Assembly: GCA_000004985.1 (NCBI GenBank)
Contig: GG738861.1
Source: Naegleria gruberi
Lineage: Eukaryota
Length of the DNA: 64,000 nucleotides
Direction: 5' to 3' (one strand)
Shown piece by piece: positions 63,993 through 64,000 of the stretch. The notes below the pieces were generated by a model. The model was not told the DNA's origin. It saw only the letters and a program-made list of their open reading frames with translations, and did not search any database. Each line of letters starts with the position of its first letter. Position 1 is the first letter of the stretch. The translations under genes and the position numbers were made by a program.

Positions 63993-64000
63993 TTGTATAA

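Noticed and set aside
1-64000. Prokaryotic feature classes: operons, CRISPR arrays, IS elements, rho-independent terminators, Shine-Dalgarno sites
   Set aside because: The sequence is eukaryotic nuclear DNA, shown by a cytosolic-type tRNA-Pro, spliceosomal introns, signal peptides and presequences, and eukaryote-specific genes. I saw no CRISPR-like repeat-spacer arrays, and no transposon terminal repeats or long tandem repeats. The only repeats I saw are codon-level low-complexity tracts within genes.

Overview
This window is nuclear DNA from an AT-rich, gene-dense, intron-poor unicellular eukaryote. It carries no prokaryotic features (no operons, no CRISPR arrays). I resolve about 41 protein-coding genes plus one tRNA-Pro(UGG), roughly one gene per 1.5 kb, with short intergenic spacers and many head-to-head gene pairs. 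A tentative inference is a free-living amoeboflagellate such as a heterolobosean (Naegleria-like). This rests on five observations: about 30-33% GC; complete mitochondrial import and metabolic genes; a flagellar nexin-dynein regulatory complex gene; several bacterial-type genes; and short spliceosomal introns. I cannot confirm the organism without a database search.

The supplied ORF track treats TTG, GTG and CTG as start codons, so several listed 'M' starts are not ATG; I corrected starts where the sequence allowed. By reading splice signals directly I reconstructed about 20 short introns of 43-170 nt. Most have GTAAGT, GTATGT or GTAGGT donors and (A/T)TAG or CAG acceptors. They include a 13-nt micro-exon, a 20-nt micro-exon and a 9-nt first exon. 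These join ORF fragments into complete genes: a Rab-like GTPase, a five-exon GH19 enzyme, RFC1, PSMB4, RPP30, a Mic10-like protein, taxilin, a 3-ketoacyl-CoA reductase and others.

Confidently identified genes: AP-3 sigma, UTP11, ALG10, Sec61 gamma, ADI1 acireductone dioxygenase, mitochondrial IleRS, an OSBP-related protein, RFC1, PSMB4, alpha-MPP, MICU1-like, uL22m and AGPAT.

More unusual content: (1) a secreted, intron-containing GH19 chitinase/lysozyme fused to a bacterial SH3b-like domain, which is an endolysin-like architecture; (2) a secreted, GPI-anchored PL7 'alginate lyase 2'-fold protein; (3) other bacterial-type genes embedded between core eukaryotic genes: an F420/NADP-reductase-like Rossmann enzyme, an amidinotransferase-superfamily enzyme, a DnaQ-like exonuclease and a DUF3592-like membrane protein; (4) a Rab-family GTPase with no C-terminal prenylation cysteines but an N-terminal MGNCGS dual-acylation motif, whose WDTAG switch-II motif is encoded by the 13-nt micro-exon; (5) an RFC1 PCNA-interacting box (QKITSFF) encoded by tiny 5' exons that ORF calling misses; (6) a 1557-aa protein combining RCC1 repeats, a protein kinase and a ubiquitin-like/PB1-like tail.

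All hand-derived coordinates were anchored to the ORF track where possible. Hand-counted splice sites may be off by 1-2 nt.
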